The translations under genes and the position numbers were made by a program. 64,000 nucleotides of DNA from an uncultured Candidatus Peribacteria bacterium (GTDB lineage Bacteria > Patescibacteriota > Gracilibacteria > UBA1369): assembly GCA_964346765.1 (NCBI GenBank), contig CAYFWB010000004.1:55512-119511 (forward strand), read 5' to 3'. The notes under the pieces were generated by a model. The model saw only the letters and a list, made by a program, of their open reading frames with translations, searched no databases and was not told where the DNA came from. Below, in pieces: positions 9,022 through 18,364 of the stretch (the first letter of the stretch is position 1; every line of letters starts with the position of its first letter).

Positions 9022-9969
9022 ATGACAAAAGCTTGTAAAATAGAGTCGGCGTTTAAAACTAAATTTAAGGTTTCCGTAATAGGTTGCGGTAGCGTGGGTG
9101 CGACCGCGGCTTATTCGATGTTGATTGACGGTGCCCCCACGGATATGGTTTTGATTGATAGGTACAGACAAAAGGCGGACGGATTGAAATTGGACTTTGT
9201 TCATTCATTACCTTTTACGGATTATATGAGAATTACCGCGTCCGATGATTACGCGGAATGTGAAGATTCCACTTTGATTATTATTACCGCGGGTGCTAGG
9301 CAGATGGAGGGTGAAACAAGGCTTGATCTGGTAAAAAAGAATAAAGCTATTTTTAAGGATATAATTCCGGCTGTTTCCAGAATCGCGCCGGATAGTATTT
9401 TGTTGATTATAGCCAATCCGGTTGATGTTTTAACTTATGAGGCTTTGAAACTTTCGGGATTTCCCGAAAACAGGGTGTTTGGCTCAGGGACTATGCTTGA
9501 TACAGCCAGGTTCCAGTTTCATATTTCGGAAAGATTGTGTCTAAGTCCGAAAAGCGTTGAAGCTTATATTTTGGGTGAACACGGGGACAGTTCTTTTCCC
9601 GTTTACAGTTCGTCCAATGTGGCCGGTAAGAGTTTGTTTGATTTTGAAGGATTCACTCGTAAAGTGGCGGAGCAGTGCTATATGGATACAAAAGAGGCGG
9701 CGTATAGAATTATTAATGATTTGGGCTATACGTGTTATTCGATCGGAATGGTGATTACCGAAATTATGCGTGCGATTCAGGATCACGCGAAGTTGGTGGT
9801 GCCTTTATCTGTTATGTTGAATGATTATTATGGGCACAGTGATGTTTGTTTAAGTGTGCCGTGTGTTTTAGACAGTGATGGTGTTTCTGATGTGATTAAA
9901 GTGCCTTTGAATGAAGAAGAACAAAATAAACTGGCCAAATCCGTTGATGTTTTGAAGGAATTTATTTGA
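9022..9969 (+). CDS. ldh: L-lactate dehydrogenase
   Basis: It has the VIGCGSVGATAAY Rossmann motif, ITAGARQ.EGETRLDL and GEHGDS. Confidence 0.85.
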   Translation: MTKACKIESAFKTKFKVSVIGCGSVGATAAYSMLIDGAPTDMVLIDRYRQKADGLKLDFVHSLPFTDYMRITASDDYAECEDSTLIIITAGARQMEGETRLDLVKKNKAIFKDIIPAVSRIAPDSILLIIANPVDVLTYEALKLSGFPENRVFGSGTMLDTARFQFHISERLCLSPKSVEAYILGEHGDSSFPVYSSSNVAGKSLFDFEGFTRKVAEQCYMDTKEAAYRIINDLGYTCYSIGMVITEIMRAIQDHAKLVVPLSVMLNDYYGHSDVCLSVPCVLDSDGVSDVIKVPLNEEEQNKLAKSVDVLKEFI

Positions 9970-10178
9970 TTCCGGTGATTTTTTTGCGCTTTGGCATTGG
10001 ATATTTCTTGTTCTTCAGTATAGTGGCGGAATGAATCTGGCATTATTTTATTGTCTATAATGTATAGGTCTGTGTTTTTTTTAAGGCAACTATATTCTCT
10101 GATTAAAAACTTGAGTTTGTCTCTTAGCGGGAGCCGTGATTTAATATTAGAGGATGCGTATCACTATTATTAAAAAAT

Positions 10179-11099
10179 ATGAGATTAAAGACGCGATTTT
10201 TGGGGGTTGAGTTTGAAAATCCTTTGGTGGTGGCTTCGGGTGTACTTGGGGTTACAGGTGCAAGTTTGAAATATGTTGTTGAAAACGGAGCAGGGGGTGT
10301 TACTTCAAAATCGATTTGGGTGGAAGAGCATAAAGGGCATAAGAATCCGGTGATAATTGCTAATGAACATTATATGCTTAATGCGGTGGGTTTGCCGGAC
10401 GCGGGAATAGGCAAAGCAAAAGTTGAGCTTGGTAATTATTTAAAAGATAAACCGGCGCCTTTGATAGCGAATATCGTGGCGGGCCGCGTTGATGATTTTG
10501 GCGAGGTGGCGGAGCAGGTTTCGGAACTTGATCCGGATATTATAGAGGTGAATATTTCGTGTCCCAATGTTGAAAGTGAGTTTGGTAAACCTTTTGCCTG
10601 TTCACGCGCGGATGCTTCCAAGGTTACGGCTCTTGTTAAGATGAAAACCATAAAGCCGGTTGTTGTTAAATTGAGTCCGAACGTTGAAAATATCGTGGAG
10701 ATAGCAAAGTCGGCGGTGGACGCGGGCGCGGACGGTTTGACTTTGATCAATACGGTGGGGCCGGGAATGGCTATTGATCTGGATATGAGAAAACCGATTC
10801 TTGCCAATAAAGTGGGCGGAGTTTCGGGTCCGGCAATTAAACCGATTGCAATCAAATGTGTGTATGATGTTCATAAAGCTTTGCCTGATGTTCCGATTAT
10901 CGGAACCGGCGGAGTGACTACGGGTGAGGACGCGATTGAAATGATTATGGCGGGCGCGACTTTGGTGGGGGTGGGAACGGCTGTTTATTATAGAGACGTT
11001 AAGTGCTTCGGACTGATCGCCAATGAGATGAGGTCATGGCTGGAGGAAAGAGAAATTAATTATATTGAAGAGTTGCGTGGTTTGGCTGTAAATAAGTGA
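10179..11099 (+). CDS. pyrD: dihydroorotate dehydrogenase, class 1B catalytic subunit
   Basis: It shows the NPLVVASG, NISCPN and GGVSGPAIKPIA motifs and is followed by a PyrK-like partner. Confidence 0.9.
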   Translation: MRLKTRFLGVEFENPLVVASGVLGVTGASLKYVVENGAGGVTSKSIWVEEHKGHKNPVIIANEHYMLNAVGLPDAGIGKAKVELGNYLKDKPAPLIANIVAGRVDDFGEVAEQVSELDPDIIEVNISCPNVESEFGKPFACSRADASKVTALVKMKTIKPVVVKLSPNVENIVEIAKSAVDAGADGLTLINTVGPGMAIDLDMRKPILANKVGGVSGPAIKPIAIKCVYDVHKALPDVPIIGTGGVTTGEDAIEMIMAGATLVGVGTAVYYRDVKCFGLIANEMRSWLEEREINYIEELRGLAVNK

Positions 11100-11135
11100 T
11101 AGTTAAATATTTATATAATTTATTTATTCAGAAAA

Positions 11136-12002
11136 ATGTTTGATTTACCAATATCTATACCTATAAAAAAGGTTATTCAGGAAACTGAAAATGTGAAAAC
11201 TTTTGTTTTTAAGCATGACCTTAGGGCCAAGCCGGGACAGTTTGTTAATTTATGGTTGCCGGAAGTTGATGAAAAACCGATGAGCGTTGCTTATTGTGAT
11301 AGTAAAGAGTTTTGGGTAAGTATTTTCGCGGTGGGGCCTTTCAGTCAAGCTATGCATCAGCTTAAAGAAGGTGATTTGGTTGGTGTGAGGGGTCCGTATG
11401 GGCATGGTTTTAAATGGGAAAAAAATCAGCATTTGGTGATGATGGCGGGTGGTTACGGAGCGGCGCCGCTTTATTTTTTAACCAGGAAGGCGGTTGGAGA
11501 TGGATGCAGTGTTGAATTTGTTATAGGTGCTAGGAGTAAGGATCATTTGCTCTATACGGAAAGGATTAAGGAGCTGGATAATGTGGAATTGCATGTTGCA
11601 ACTGATGATGGATCGGAAGGTGTGAAGGGTTTTAATGTGGTGATTTTGGATCAGTTGATTGAAGATGCAAAGAAAGGTAAAAAGTTTAAAGTTATTTGTG
11701 ACGGGAGTACCTGTAAAAGGGAAGAGGTGGATTTTGCTCCGCTTGATTGTGTGTACGCGTGTGGTCCGGAACTTATGATGAAGTCGGTGGCTGAAAAGTG
11801 CGCGGAAGCGGAGATTGATTCGCAGGTTTCTGTTGAAAGGTATATGAAATGCGGATTTGGTGTCTGCGGTCAATGTTGCGTGGATTCGAGCGGAAAGAGA
11901 ATGTGTAGTGAAGGGCCATGTATTCCGGGTGTCGAGGCTTTGAAAATAGATGAGTTCGGGAAATACCACAGGGACGCGCAGGGTAAAATTCATGAGTTTT
12001 AA
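11136..12002 (+). CDS. pyrK: dihydroorotate dehydrogenase electron-transfer subunit
   Basis: It has an FAD/NAD-binding ferredoxin-reductase-like layout with a C-terminal CGFGVCGQCC 2Fe-2S motif. It lies immediately downstream of pyrD. Confidence 0.85.
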   Translation: MFDLPISIPIKKVIQETENVKTFVFKHDLRAKPGQFVNLWLPEVDEKPMSVAYCDSKEFWVSIFAVGPFSQAMHQLKEGDLVGVRGPYGHGFKWEKNQHLVMMAGGYGAAPLYFLTRKAVGDGCSVEFVIGARSKDHLLYTERIKELDNVELHVATDDGSEGVKGFNVVILDQLIEDAKKGKKFKVICDGSTCKREEVDFAPLDCVYACGPELMMKSVAEKCAEAEIDSQVSVERYMKCGFGVCGQCCVDSSGKRMCSEGPCIPGVEALKIDEFGKYHRDAQGKIHEF

Positions 12003-12044
12003 TGAATACTTGATTGTTATTTTGTATATTAATAATTAATTATT

Positions 12045-12713
12045 ATGCAGGAATATAAGGAGGAGTTTATTACTTTTCTTGTTAAATCGCGGGCGCTTAA
12101 GTTTGGTGATTTTACTTTGAAAAGCGGAAGACAGTGTCCGTATTTTTTGAATATGGGGTTTTTTTATAAGGGAAGTCAGATTATTGAACTGGGCAGGTAT
12201 TATGCGGCGGCATTGAATGAAAATGTGCAGGATTTTGATACGGTTTTTGGCCCGGCATATAAAGGTATTCCTTTATGCGTGGCGACGACAGCTCAACTTT
12301 TTAAGAATTTTGGAAAAGATGTTGGGTACAGCTATAACAGAAAAGAGGCCAAAGATCATGGTGAAAGAGGAAATATTATAGGGGCGCAAATTACTTTGGA
12401 TTCTAAAGTTGTTATAGTCGATGATGTTATGACCGCGGGTACGGCGGTTAAAGAGACGCTGGAAATGATGAAAGGGCTGGGAAATCCCGAAATTAAAGGG
12501 ATTTTGATAGCGGCGGATCGAATGGAAAAGGGAAGCGGGGATAAAAGCGCCGCCCAAGAAATGAAAGATACTTACGGGATTGATGTTTATTCAATTGTGA
12601 ATTTGGATGAAATAATTGAGGTTTTGTATAATAAACCGATTGATGGAACGATTTATATTGATGATGAAAAAATGGAGCAGATAAAAACTTATCGGGTGCA
12701 GTACGGGGTTTAG
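12045..12713 (+). CDS. pyrE: orotate phosphoribosyltransferase
   Basis: It has FGDFTLKSGRQCPYF and the PRPP-binding loop VVIVDDVMTAGTA. Confidence 0.9.
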   Translation: MQEYKEEFITFLVKSRALKFGDFTLKSGRQCPYFLNMGFFYKGSQIIELGRYYAAALNENVQDFDTVFGPAYKGIPLCVATTAQLFKNFGKDVGYSYNRKEAKDHGERGNIIGAQITLDSKVVIVDDVMTAGTAVKETLEMMKGLGNPEIKGILIAADRMEKGSGDKSAAQEMKDTYGIDVYSIVNLDEIIEVLYNKPIDGTIYIDDEKMEQIKTYRVQYGV

Positions 12714-12733
12714 TTATAATTTAATCAATTGAA

Positions 12734-13387
12734 ATGTTAAAAGCTGTAATTTTTGATATGGACGGGGTTGTGCTGGATAGCGACAGGATGATTTATAATG
12801 TGGAAAAAGAGATATTTAAAGAGCTTGGTGTAGATGTTAAGGGAGGGGATCATTTGGTTTTTGTCGGTAGGACGGCTGATGAGTTTTGGGCAGGTGTAAA
12901 GGAATTGTACGGGCTGAAGCAGCCTGTAAATGAGCTAGTGGCAAATTTTCGGAAAGCTTCTTATGATTTTTTTGCTTCTAATGAGTTTGAATCTAATCCC
13001 GGTTTTAGATCTTTTTTGGAGTCTATATTGAATGAAGGTATAAAAGTGGCTTTGGCCACTTCCGCTTCGTTTGAAAGATCATCTTTGATAATTCAAAAAC
13101 TTGATTTGGAGGGAATTTTTAAGGTGCGGGTTACGGCGAAAGATGTGGTTAAAGGTAAACCTGATCCGGAAGTGTTTTTGCAAGCGGCGAAGAGGCTGGG
13201 GGTTGAACCGGCTGAGAGTGTTGTTATAGAAGATGCACGGCTTGGGATTAAAGCGGCTAATTCCGCGGGGATGAAAAGTGTGGGATATAACGCGGTGCCG
13301 GGCAGACAGGATTTGAGCGAAGCTGATTTGGTGGTGAGTGGTTTTGATGAATTGAGCTATGATAAATTGGCTTATTTGTTTGGTTGA
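12734..13387 (+). CDS. HAD-superfamily hydrolase (beta-phosphoglucomutase-like)
   Basis: It has the HAD motif I FDMDGVV, plus later KGKPDPE and EDA..G motifs. Confidence 0.8.
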   Translation: MLKAVIFDMDGVVLDSDRMIYNVEKEIFKELGVDVKGGDHLVFVGRTADEFWAGVKELYGLKQPVNELVANFRKASYDFFASNEFESNPGFRSFLESILNEGIKVALATSASFERSSLIIQKLDLEGIFKVRVTAKDVVKGKPDPEVFLQAAKRLGVEPAESVVIEDARLGIKAANSAGMKSVGYNAVPGRQDLSEADLVVSGFDELSYDKLAYLFG

Positions 13388-13479
13388 TTATAGAGTTGAG
13401 CGAATTTACGATGGGTTTGATATTTTTTGACAATTTTGGGAGCCTAAACTACTCTTAGGTAGGCTTTTAACAAATTCAA

Positions 13480-14499
13480 ATGGTTGATAATCAACAGAAA
13501 GAAACCGACAGAGAAAAAGAGCAGAGAGAAGATCGGGAGTCGAGGCAGGTGCGGGATGAAGATATTCAGAAACCTTTTCATTTTGCGGATAGGCTTAACG
13601 AGCATATTCAAAAGAAAAAATCTGTGGTGTGCGTGGGGTTGGATCCGAAACTTGAGCAGGTGCCGGAATATATTAAAGAGAAATATTTTAAGAAATATAA
13701 GAACGCTTTGACGGCGGCGGCGGAGTCGATTATAGAGTTTAATAAAGGGGTTATTGACGCGGTTCATGATTTGGTTCCGGTGGTGAAACCGCAGATCGCG
13801 TTTTATGAACAGTATGGGCATGAGGGGGTGCGCGCGTTTGAAGAGACATTGTGGTATGCCAGGGATAAAGGGCTTTTGACTATCGCTGATATTAAAAGAG
13901 GGGATATAGGGTCTACGGCAGGCGCTTATGCCAAGGCTTTTTTGGGTAAAGTGAATTTGTTTGGGAAAGATGTTTTTTCTTTTGACGCGGACGCGGTGAC
14001 GGTTGTGCCTTATTTGGGCTGGGATGGTATTAAGCCGTTTTTGGAGCAGGCACGGATTCACGGTAAGGGAGTTTTTATTTTGGTTAAGACTTCCAATCCT
14101 TCTTCCGTTGATTTGCAGGATTTACAGATGAAAAATGATGATTTAATGGTGTATGAAATTATGGCGCAGTATCTGGAATCGTGGGGGGCTGATGATATGG
14201 GTGACAGCGGCTATAGTTTTGCGGGGGCGGTTGTTGGAGCCACTTATCCCAAACAGTCGGCTGAGCTTCGTAAATTTATGCCCAATAATATTTTTCTGGT
14301 TCCGGGTTACGGCGCGCAAGGTGGAACGGCGGCCGACGTGAAGTGTTGTTTTAACGAAGATGGTTTGGGAGCGGTGGTTAACTCTTCACGTGGAATTATT
14401 TTTGCCTGGGAAAATTCGGATGTGTTTACGGAAAAAGATTACGCGGAGGCGGCGCGCAAGGCGACTGACGATATGAACAAGGATTTGAATTCGGTGTAA
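13480..14499 (+). CDS. pyrF: orotidine 5'-phosphate decarboxylase (long type-2 form)
   Basis: It has VCVGLDP, IADIKRGDIGST and PGYGAQGG motifs, with a highly charged N-terminal extension of about 45 aa. Confidence 0.85.
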   Translation: MVDNQQKETDREKEQREDRESRQVRDEDIQKPFHFADRLNEHIQKKKSVVCVGLDPKLEQVPEYIKEKYFKKYKNALTAAAESIIEFNKGVIDAVHDLVPVVKPQIAFYEQYGHEGVRAFEETLWYARDKGLLTIADIKRGDIGSTAGAYAKAFLGKVNLFGKDVFSFDADAVTVVPYLGWDGIKPFLEQARIHGKGVFILVKTSNPSSVDLQDLQMKNDDLMVYEIMAQYLESWGADDMGDSGYSFAGAVVGATYPKQSAELRKFMPNNIFLVPGYGAQGGTAADVKCCFNEDGLGAVVNSSRGIIFAWENSDVFTEKDYAEAARKATDDMNKDLNSV

Positions 14500-14584
14500 T
14501 TATATACAGATGTTTACGTCAAGCTGAACTGTATTGATTCTGTTGTGTTTTTGAATAAACTTTCTTTCCTAAAAGTATTTTTTT

Positions 14585-15487
14585 ATGGAATCAATCAGAC
14601 CTGAAAGTGTTGATGGGGAGTGGGATGAAATTTCCGCGGAAATGGAGTTGAATGTCGCGGACGTGATTGAAATAAATCCGGCGAAGGTGAAAAATCGAAG
14701 CGGTGAGTCAAAAGTAAGAGAGCTGGAAGAGGAGACGGAGCTTAAGATAATCGACGTGATTGATTATTTGCGTGAACCTTTTTATGTATCTGAGAACGGG
14801 CTTTATGATTTTAGGGAATTTGAGAATCGATATTTTGTAATTAGACATGGTGAGAGTACGGCTAACGAGCGCGGACTTGTTGTGAGCGATCCGAGTATCG
14901 GGACTATCGGTTACGGTTTGACGGCCAAAGGTAAGCAGCAAATTGATGAGTCCGCGCGGGAATTTATAAAGGGGTTGAACGAGCATAGGGAAAGATTGGC
15001 TGATATTGTGGGTAAAATGGTGGCGAATCAAAAATTGAAGATGGATAAAATAACGAAGTATAATGCTGTTGTACTTTCTTCCGACTTTAAGAGAGCGATG
15101 GAAACCGCGGAGATTTTAGCGGATGTTGCTGAAGTGAATCGTCCGAAGCCGGTAAAGTCATTAAGGGAAAGGTTTTTTGGGGACTATGATATGAAAGAGA
15201 TAAGTGCTTATAAAAAAATTTGGGAATCTGATAATATTGATTATAGGCAGAAAATGGGTGGAGTTGAATCTGTGGCAGAGGTTATGATGCGTTCGACGAG
15301 GCTCATAAGGATGATTGAGAGATCTTACAGAGGTAAGAATATTTTTTTGGTGGCTCATGGAGACGTAGGGCAGGTACTTGAAGCCGGTTTTAAAAAAATG
15401 AATCCTTCCATGTATAGGTCATTATCTTATTTGAAAAATGCCGAGATTAGGGAAATGTGGTTAAATCCGTTAATGATAGAGGGTTGA
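14585..15487 (+). CDS. histidine phosphatase (phosphoglycerate mutase) family protein
   Basis: It has the catalytic VIRHGESTAN (RHGE) motif after an acidic N-terminal extension of about 85 aa, and a later VAHG motif. Confidence 0.7.
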   Translation: MESIRPESVDGEWDEISAEMELNVADVIEINPAKVKNRSGESKVRELEEETELKIIDVIDYLREPFYVSENGLYDFREFENRYFVIRHGESTANERGLVVSDPSIGTIGYGLTAKGKQQIDESAREFIKGLNEHRERLADIVGKMVANQKLKMDKITKYNAVVLSSDFKRAMETAEILADVAEVNRPKPVKSLRERFFGDYDMKEISAYKKIWESDNIDYRQKMGGVESVAEVMMRSTRLIRMIERSYRGKNIFLVAHGDVGQVLEAGFKKMNPSMYRSLSYLKNAEIREMWLNPLMIEG

Positions 15488-15502
15488 TTTTTATTTTAGG
15501 AA

Positions 15503-15535
15503 TGTGTTAGTATTTACGTACTAGTGTGTTAGTAT
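15503..15535. promoter_or_regulatory. trp-operator-like site flanked by 11-bp direct repeats
   Basis: TGTGTTAGTAT occurs at 15503-15513 and at 15525-15535. Between them is CGTACTAGT (15517-15525), which contains the ACTAGT palindrome. The site is directly upstream of the TrpR-like gene. Confidence 0.45.
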
Positions 15536-15541
15536 AACTGT

Positions 15542-15817
15542 ATGAATGATTTGGAAAAAATTAGTGAGTATTTGGTCAGAATAAAGAAAAAATCTGGAAT
15601 GGTGGCTTTTCTTAACGGTATTTTGACGGATGCTGAAAAGAGTTCGATCGCGGGTCGGATTAAAATTGTGGAAATGTTGAAGAGCGGTTATACGCAAAGG
15701 GAAATCGCGGATTTTTTGGAGGTGGGGATCGCTACGGTTACAAGAGGCTCGGCCGAAATTAAGGCCGGTAAGTTTGATATGCAGGTTTGGCGCGATTTTA
15801 AGAGTTGGCGGTCTTAA
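15542..15817 (+). CDS. TrpR-like / YerC-YecD family DNA-binding protein
   Basis: 91-aa protein with the helix-turn-helix [23 protein letters not shown], characteristic of the Trp repressor/YerC fold. Confidence 0.75.
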   Translation: MNDLEKISEYLVRIKKKSGMVAFLNGILTDAEKSSIAGRIKIVEMLKSGYTQREIADFLEVGIATVTRGSAEIKAGKFDMQVWRDFKSWRS

Positions 15818-15835
15818 GTGGAATTGTTTTTTTGA

Positions 15836-15858
15836 GACCGCCGAATGGCGGTTTTTTT
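15836..15858 (+). terminator. intrinsic terminator or attenuator between the trpR-like gene and trpB
   Basis: ACCGCC (15837-15842) pairs with GGCGGT (15847-15852) over a GAAT loop, followed by a T7 run. Confidence 0.75.
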
Positions 15859-15879
15859 ATTTACTTATTTATTTTTATT

Positions 15880-17088
15880 ATGAAAAAATTTGATATCAAT
15901 CCAAACAAAGAAGGTTATTTTGGATTTTATGGCGGACAGATTTTGCCTCCTTTTTTGAAACCGATTTTTGATGATATAAGTGATTTTTATATGTCCATTA
16001 AGGATGATCGGGATTTTTTGGATGAGTTGATGTATTATAGAAAGCATTTTGTGGGCAGACCCAGCCCGATTTATTTTGCGGAGAAATTGAGTGAGAAGTA
16101 TGGTGGAGAGACTGGAGCGAAGATTTATTTGAAGCGTGAGGATTTGAATCATACCGGCGCCCACAAAATTAACCATACTATTGCGGAGGCGTTGATCGCT
16201 AAGCGAATGGGTAAGAAGAAGCTTTTAGCGGAGACGGGCGCCGGTCAGCACGGCGTGGCGTTGGCAACGGCCGCCGCGCTTGTGGGTATTCCCTGCGAAA
16301 TTCATATGGGGGAAGTAGACATGCTTAAACAGCAACCGAACGTGGTTCGTATGAAAATGCTGGGAGCCAAAGTTGTTTCTGTAAAAACGGGCATGCGTTC
16401 TTTAAAAGACGCGGTTGATAGCGCTTTTAATGAATTTGTTAAGGATTCTCAAAGTACTTTTTTCGGAATAGGATCGGTAGTGGGGCCGCATCCTTTTCCA
16501 ATGATAGTTCGGGACATGCAGAGAATTGTTGGTGAAGAGGCTAAGTATCAATTTCGTGAATTAACGGGGTCTGCTCCGGATAATCTGGTGGCCTGCGTGG
16601 GTGGTGGGAGTAACGCGATCGGTCTGTTTTCGGCTTTTCTTGAAAATGAATCGATAAGTATTTATGGAGTTGAACCCAGCGGTAAGGGATTAAATTCCGG
16701 TGATCATGCCGCAACTTTAACTTTGGGGAAACCGGGTGACCTGCACGGTATGCACACTTATTTATTGCAAGATGAAAACGGACAACCCGTGCCTGTTTAT
16801 TCAATCGCTTCGGGTTTGGATTATCCGGGTATAGGGCCACAGCACAGTTATTTAAAGGATATTAAGCGGGTAAATTATGTTACGGCTTCGGATGCCGACT
16901 GTTTAGAAACCTTTATGGAGCTGTCGCGTTTGGAAGGTATAATTCCCGCTCTTGAAAGTGCTCATGCTGTTGCTTACGCAATGAAGTTGGCGTCGAAAAT
17001 AAATAGTGGAAAATCTATTCTAGTAAATCTTTCCGGCAGGGGAGACAAGGATATCGATTTTGTGGCGGAAAAATTGAATATAGCTTAG
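15880..17088 (+). CDS. trpB: tryptophan synthase beta chain
   Basis: It has [29 protein letters not shown] (the PLP lysine region) and GGGSNAIG. The start is taken at MKKFDINP (15880) because the track's 15805 start would run through the terminator. Confidence 0.9.
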   Translation: MKKFDINPNKEGYFGFYGGQILPPFLKPIFDDISDFYMSIKDDRDFLDELMYYRKHFVGRPSPIYFAEKLSEKYGGETGAKIYLKREDLNHTGAHKINHTIAEALIAKRMGKKKLLAETGAGQHGVALATAAALVGIPCEIHMGEVDMLKQQPNVVRMKMLGAKVVSVKTGMRSLKDAVDSAFNEFVKDSQSTFFGIGSVVGPHPFPMIVRDMQRIVGEEAKYQFRELTGSAPDNLVACVGGGSNAIGLFSAFLENESISIYGVEPSGKGLNSGDHAATLTLGKPGDLHGMHTYLLQDENGQPVPVYSIASGLDYPGIGPQHSYLKDIKRVNYVTASDADCLETFMELSRLEGIIPALESAHAVAYAMKLASKINSGKSILVNLSGRGDKDIDFVAEKLNIA

Positions 17089-17972
17089 GTTGTGTTTTTT
17101 GAAACAGAGCAAAAGTTGATTTCATTAATCAATTTTTGCCACTGCATGATAGATAGTGTTTGGGGGCGCGCTTGCCCGTCTATACCCGCGTTTGTAAGTA
17201 TTTGTTGGGTTTTGGCGCGTTTATCGGGTTTGTTTTTTCGCTCTTTTGATCCTCCCAGGCCGGGTGTGAAATTTTGTAAAGTGTTGAAGAGTGTTTTGCG
17301 TTTTTGATGAAAGCAAACAGATGTTAGCTGTTTAAACAGTTTTAAGTCTTTTATGAGCGGTTTTTGATAAGTCTCGATCTTTAATATGGAGGAATCCACT
17401 TTTGGAGCGGGGAAAAAGTCGTACCTTGATACTTTTGTAATAAGTTTAGGCTCTCCGAATATTTGTACGTTTAAGCTTAAAATGCCGTGTTCCCCCCGGC
17501 CGGCGCATATTTTTTCCGCCACTTCTTTTTGTACCAGTAAAACAATTAATTCCGGTTTTTTTTCTTCCGGATGGCGCGGATTAAGGTAATGATTTAGCAG
17601 TGGTGATGTGATGTGGTAAGGAATATTTGCTACAAGTTTGTAATTGGATTTAGGCAGTCGCGCTTTCAGAGCGTTTCCTTTTTCCAGTTCAAAATTTTTA
17701 TTATCGCCGAAAGTTTTTTCCAGATAAGGATAGAGGGTTTCATCCAGTTCTATTGACTTTACATGGCCGGCATTTTTTAATAATTGTTCTGTCAGAATTC
17801 CAAGTCCGGGACCTACTTCCACTACGAATTCTTTTTTATCAAGATCAGCGGTTTTAATGATTTTTTTTATGATTTCGCGGTTTAGAAGAAAGTTTTGGCT
17901 GAACTGTTCTTTGGCGAAAATATGTTCTTTTTTTAAGAGCTGAAGTAATTCTGTTTTATTGTGGTAGGTCAT
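17085..17972 (-). CDS. rsmA: 16S rRNA (adenine1518/1519-N6)-dimethyltransferase
   Basis: It has QNFL, the SAM motif [12 protein letters not shown], and NIPYHITSP. Confidence 0.9.
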   Translation of the reverse strand: MTYHNKTELLQLLKKEHIFAKEQFSQNFLLNREIIKKIIKTADLDKKEFVVEVGPGLGILTEQLLKNAGHVKSIELDETLYPYLEKTFGDNKNFELEKGNALKARLPKSNYKLVANIPYHITSPLLNHYLNPRHPEEKKPELIVLLVQKEVAEKICAGRGEHGILSLNVQIFGEPKLITKVSRYDFFPAPKVDSSILKIETYQKPLIKDLKLFKQLTSVCFHQKRKTLFNTLQNFTPGLGGSKERKNKPDKRAKTQQILTNAGIDGQARPQTLSIMQWQKLINEINFCSVSKNTT

Positions 17973-18057
17973 GTTTACTGTTTTATTTCTGACGTTATCA
18001 TTAATTCAGCGGTTTGTCGGTAATCGATTTTCAGTGGAATAATTTGTTTTAGTGTCG

Positions 18058-18321
18058 TTATTTATTAAGTATGATTGTTTTATTTGAGCTTCTTTTTCCT
18101 TTGGTTATTTGAATCTTGTTTTTGGATATATGAAGTTTTTTACTTAAAAGCTTTATAACCGCTTCATTGGCTTTATTGTTTTTGGGTATCGCGGTTACTT
18201 TAATTTTTATATGATCGGAAGCTGTTTCGGTTATTTCGTTTTTTGAGCTTTTTGGGATAATTTTTGCTTTGAGTGTGATCCGATTTTCTTGTTCCAATTT
18301 GTTTTTAATATGACTAAGCAT
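18058..18321 (-). CDS. DUF167 (YggU-like) family protein
   Basis: 87 aa with the pattern L.AKIIPKSSKNEI ... IKIKVTA.P..NKAN.A.IK.LSK.L...K..I.I..G..S..K. Confidence 0.65.
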   Translation of the reverse strand: MLSHIKNKLEQENRITLKAKIIPKSSKNEITETASDHIKIKVTAIPKNNKANEAVIKLLSKKLHISKNKIQITKGKRSSNKTIILNK

Positions 18322-18364
18322 GTTATTAAAATAGCATCTCCAAATCTATCAGTCAGCAGTCTTT

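Noticed and set aside
15805-15879. The upstream start of trpB overlapping the trpR-like gene.
   Set aside because: The extension ([25 protein letters not shown]) is the translation of the terminator hairpin and T-run. The conserved TrpB sequence begins at MKKFDINP.
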